A DNA stretch of 31,834 bases from a virus. The position numbers and the translations under genes were made by a program. The notes under the pieces were generated by a model. It worked only from the letters and a program-made list of their open reading frames with translations, ran no database searches and was not told the DNA's origin. Of the stretch, positions 29,859 through 31,834 are shown one piece after another (within the stretch, counting starts at the first letter, position 1; each line of letters begins with the position of its first letter). The stretch lies in IMG/VR virus record IMGVR_UViG_3300031760_000361, positions 1-31,834 of that record; one strand, 5' to 3'.

Positions 29859-30278
29859 TTATCCTCTGGGAGTTGAATTTGCTAGTATATCGCCAAACTC
29901 TTTGTAGAACTCTTCTACTTCTTTTTCATCGGTAAAGCCTATATCTAGTATGATAGCCGAACTATCCATATTGAATACTTGCTTACATATCCTATCTACT
30001 ACTTTAGCTTGTTCTTGTTCTATATATCCTTGCTCTACGAAATCTTTGTTAGAATGGTCGTATATTATCTTACTACCCTCTTTATGTTCTTTGATTAAAT
30101 CCTGGACACTCATACCTTTTTTAGCTAAATCTGTTACCATTTCTAGCCTAGCGTTTTTAGTAACTTCTTGTAAGTCTTTTACCATTTCTACCTTACTACA
30201 AAAGTTTATTTCCTTATCTTTATACTTAAGTGTATAATCATCTATTCCATTCTTTATAAATTTATATTTTTTTGTCAT
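29859..30278 (-). CDS. Hypothetical protein (start moved to ATG 30278)
   Basis: The track starts at GTG 30293. GGAGGT followed 8 nt later by ATG (30278-30276, MTKKYKF...) is a better initiation context and reduces the overlap with 30262..30450. Confidence 0.5.
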   Translation of the reverse strand: MTKKYKFIKNGIDDYTLKYKDKEINFCSKVEMVKDLQEVTKNARLEMVTDLAKKGMSVQDLIKEHKEGSKIIYDHSNKDFVEQGYIEQEQAKVVDRICKQVFNMDSSAIILDIGFTDEKEVEEFYKEFGDILANSTPRG

Positions 30279-30450
30279 ACATTTTACCTCCACATTCTAA
30301 AATTATATCTTTTACTCCCCATTTGATTAGTATATTTTTAAGCTCTATAAAGTCGCCTACTTGCATTTCTTTTCTTATGTATACTTTATTGTGTACTACG
30401 TCAAACTCGGCGTTATATTTATCTCTTAACCACTCTAGTAAATACCTCAT
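30262..30450 (-). CDS. Hypothetical small protein
   Basis: 62-aa ORF. No motif recognised. Confidence 0.45.
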   Translation of the reverse strand: MRYLLEWLRDKYNAEFDVVHNKVYIRKEMQVGDFIELKNILIKWGVKDIILECGGKMYDKKI

Positions 30451-30453
30451 ATA

Positions 30454-30759
30454 TTATCCTTTCTTATAATATCCCTCAAGTATCCTTTTTAATGTCCTAT
30501 TGTTCTTATTACTTCTATCTAGTATAAGCTCTTCATCGGTTATCCCAAACTCTAGCTGAAATTGTCTTAATATATTATGTACGTCAGCCAATTCCTTTTT
30601 AAAGTTATCTAGTCTATTTTCGTACTCGCTTAATGGACTATTCTCTAACTCGAATATAGACTCTTGTAGCTCGAATACTTCCTCCTGGAGCTTTCTTTGT
30701 TGAGTATTTACACCAAAGTAATTTATAGTAACCAATAACCCCGTATCTAAGTCTTTCAT
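30454..30759 (-). CDS. MazG-like nucleotide pyrophosphohydrolase domain protein
   Basis: 101-aa all-helical ORF. QRKLQEEVFELQESI ... FKKELADVHNILRQFQLEFGI follows the small phage MazG pattern (EE..E ... E.aDV...l..la...g.). Confidence 0.45.
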   Translation of the reverse strand: MKDLDTGLLVTINYFGVNTQQRKLQEEVFELQESIFELENSPLSEYENRLDNFKKELADVHNILRQFQLEFGITDEELILDRSNKNNRTLKRILEGYYKKG

Positions 30760-30929
30760 TTGTCCTCCTTTTTATAAGTAATTCCTTTATCTTCTTTTAT
30801 TTCTTTTAACCTTACTTCTAGTACCTCTTTATTGAATTGATTAAGTATGTCTTTCATTTCTTCTAATTCTTGTATGGTAAATTTACGATAGTCTAACTCA
30901 TACATAATCTTAATTAGTAATTCATACAT
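30756..30929 (-). CDS. Small ORF (57 aa); not in supplied track
   Basis: ATG at 30929-30927 directly abuts the TAA of 30930..31145. The TGA stop overlaps the next ATG (ATGA). Hand translation: MYELLIKIMYELDYRKFTIQELEEMKDILNQFNKEVLEVRLKEIKEDKGITYKKEDK. A truncated copy of its 5' end occurs at 31482-31523. Confidence 0.45.
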   Translation of the reverse strand: MYELLIKIMYELDYRKFTIQELEEMKDILNQFNKEVLEVRLKEIKEDKGITYKKEDK

Positions 30930-31165
30930 TTATTTCTTTAGCGCCCTCCCTTTGTATAAGTTTTCTCTATATATAGGGAAATCACTATTTAATTTAATAT
31001 CATGTTGTATAATCAAGTAATTTATATACTCTTTTTTATTTAAGTTTCTACCCATAGCTTTAGCTCTATCTAAATTGTTAGTGTTACCTATATGCTCTAC
31101 TCCTCCAGAATATAACCAAGCATAAACCCTATATATGTAATTCATTTATTCCTCCTTATTTAATT
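30899..31165 (-). repeat. ~267-bp direct repeat, copy A (contains the 71-aa gene)
   Basis: Aligns with 31493-31759 at a constant offset of 594 bp with only scattered mismatches. The encoded proteins differ at 3 of 71 residues. Confidence 0.85.
30930..31145 (-). CDS. Hypothetical 71-aa protein, paralog A
   Basis: MNYIYRVYAWLYSGGVEHIGNTNNLDRAKAMGRNLNKKEYINYLIIQHD... is near-identical to 31524..31739. Confidence 0.6.
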   Translation of the reverse strand: MNYIYRVYAWLYSGGVEHIGNTNNLDRAKAMGRNLNKKEYINYLIIQHDIKLNSDFPIYRENLYKGRALKK

Positions 31166-31466
31166 TATCTATTATTTCATTGATTTTTCTTCTTGTTTGA
31201 TTAGCAGCAAGTAAAATATTAGCTGTTCCGTCTATCATTAGTAACTTTTCTATCTTCTTATCTTCTATAATTGGTATTTCTTCACACGTTCTATTTAAAT
31301 CTTCAGTTTCTAAATCTTCTACTAAATACTTATGGTTTATATCTATACATCTATAATCATAAAATTCTTGATTCCATTCGTATTCTTTGCCTTTAAACTT
31401 TATTTTTATAGGTATTCCCTCATCTTTAGCTATTCGATTAAGTAAGTCAATTATCTTTAGCTTCAT
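31146..31466 (-). CDS. Hypothetical 106-aa protein bracketed by the duplicated 71-aa genes
   Basis: The ORF abuts both neighbours. No motif recognised. Confidence 0.55.
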   Translation of the reverse strand: MKLKIIDLLNRIAKDEGIPIKIKFKGKEYEWNQEFYDYRCIDINHKYLVEDLETEDLNRTCEEIPIIEDKKIEKLLMIDGTANILLAANQTRRKINEIIDKLNKEE

Positions 31467-31481
31467 TGTTACTCTCCTTAT

Positions 31482-31523
31482 CTAATATTCTCCATACATT
31501 ATCTTGACTAAAAATTCATACAT
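31482..31523 (-). pseudogene. Truncated 13-codon remnant of the 30756..30929 ORF
   Basis: The minus strand reads ATG TAT GAA TTT TTA GTC AAG ATA ATG TAT GGA GAA TAT TAG (MYEFLVKIMYGEY*), against MYELLIKIMYELDY... in the full copy. This marks the lower-coordinate boundary (minus-strand 3' end) of repeat copy B. Confidence 0.4.
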
Positions 31524-31759
31524 TTATTTCTTTAGTACCCTCCCTTTGTATAAGTTTTCTCTATATATAGGGAAATCACTATTTAATTTAATATCGTGTC
31601 TTATTATCAAGTAATTTATATACTCTTTTTTATTTAAGTTTCTACCCATAGCTTTAGCTCTATCTAAATTGTTAGTGTTACCTATATGCTCTACTCCTCC
31701 AGAATATAACCAAGCATAAACCCTATATATATAATCCATTTATATCTCCTTATCTAAAT
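31493..31759 (-). repeat. ~267-bp direct repeat, copy B
   Basis: See 30899-31165. Its upper end runs into the 127-bp contig-closure overlap. Confidence 0.85.
31524..31739 (-). CDS. Hypothetical 71-aa protein, paralog B
   Basis: Differs from paralog A only at N2D, Q47R and A68V. Confidence 0.6.
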   Translation of the reverse strand: MDYIYRVYAWLYSGGVEHIGNTNNLDRAKAMGRNLNKKEYINYLIIRHDIKLNSDFPIYRENLYKGRVLKK

Positions 31760-31834
31760 ATTTTTCATAAAGTAATAGTTCTTCACATAATCTATCTATA
31801 ACTCTATATAAAGCTTCTTTATTTAAACTATCTA
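31708..31834. repeat. Contig-closure overlap, copy 2 (identical to 1-127)
   Basis: See feature 1-127. 31740-31834 duplicates the 3' part of the 33..209 ORF. Confidence 0.95.

Noticed and set aside
29859-30293. The GTG 30293 start (MEVKCMTKKY...) for the 144-aa track ORF.
   Set aside because: The GTG lies within the GGAGG that serves as RBS for the in-frame ATG at 30278. The ATG start is preferred.

Overview
This window is an essentially complete, very AT-rich tailed-phage genome with siphovirus-like module order. It is assembled as a circle: bases 1-127 repeat exactly at 31708-31834, so the unique length is 31,707 bp. All credible genes but one lie on the minus strand. They form one long leftward series that starts at a promoter region near 7139-7167. 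The early/replication block comes first: Cro-like HTH, HNH, replisome organizer with internal iterons, G39P-like loader, Rad52-like annealing protein, SSB-like protein, a secreted lytic transglycosylase and an array of small coiled-coil paralogs. The series then wraps through the contig junction into more small early genes: a duplicated 71-aa gene, a MazG-like gene and a ParB-N/DNA methyltransferase fusion. The late genes follow: terS-like, terL, portal, MuF-like, scaffold, capsid, connectors, major tail, tape measure, baseplate/fibre genes, XhlA-like, holin and an M23+SH3 endolysin ending at 8184. The only plus-strand gene is an HNH endonuclease (7219-7647). It sits beside a ~480-bp ORF-free, repeat-bearing island (7669-8150) where the two transcription directions converge. 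I recognised no integrase, repressor, tRNA, rRNA or CRISPR array. The most notable finding is that terL is 'fractured'. The N-terminal 439 aa of TerL run into an intein N-terminal half and stop. A separate HNH endonuclease gene follows. A third ORF then supplies the intein C-terminal half plus the last 21 aa of TerL. This is the layout expected for a split, trans-splicing intein flanking a free-standing homing endonuclease. Other leads:
- a candidate ~60-nt plus-strand sRNA next to a 57-aa membrane peptide;
- two promoter-then-terminator leaders sharing the decamer TGTTATAATG;
- nucleotide-level repeat families in the small early genes;
- no tail-chaperone gene between the major tail and tape measure genes.

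All functional calls rest on motifs read by eye and on gene order. No database search was possible.
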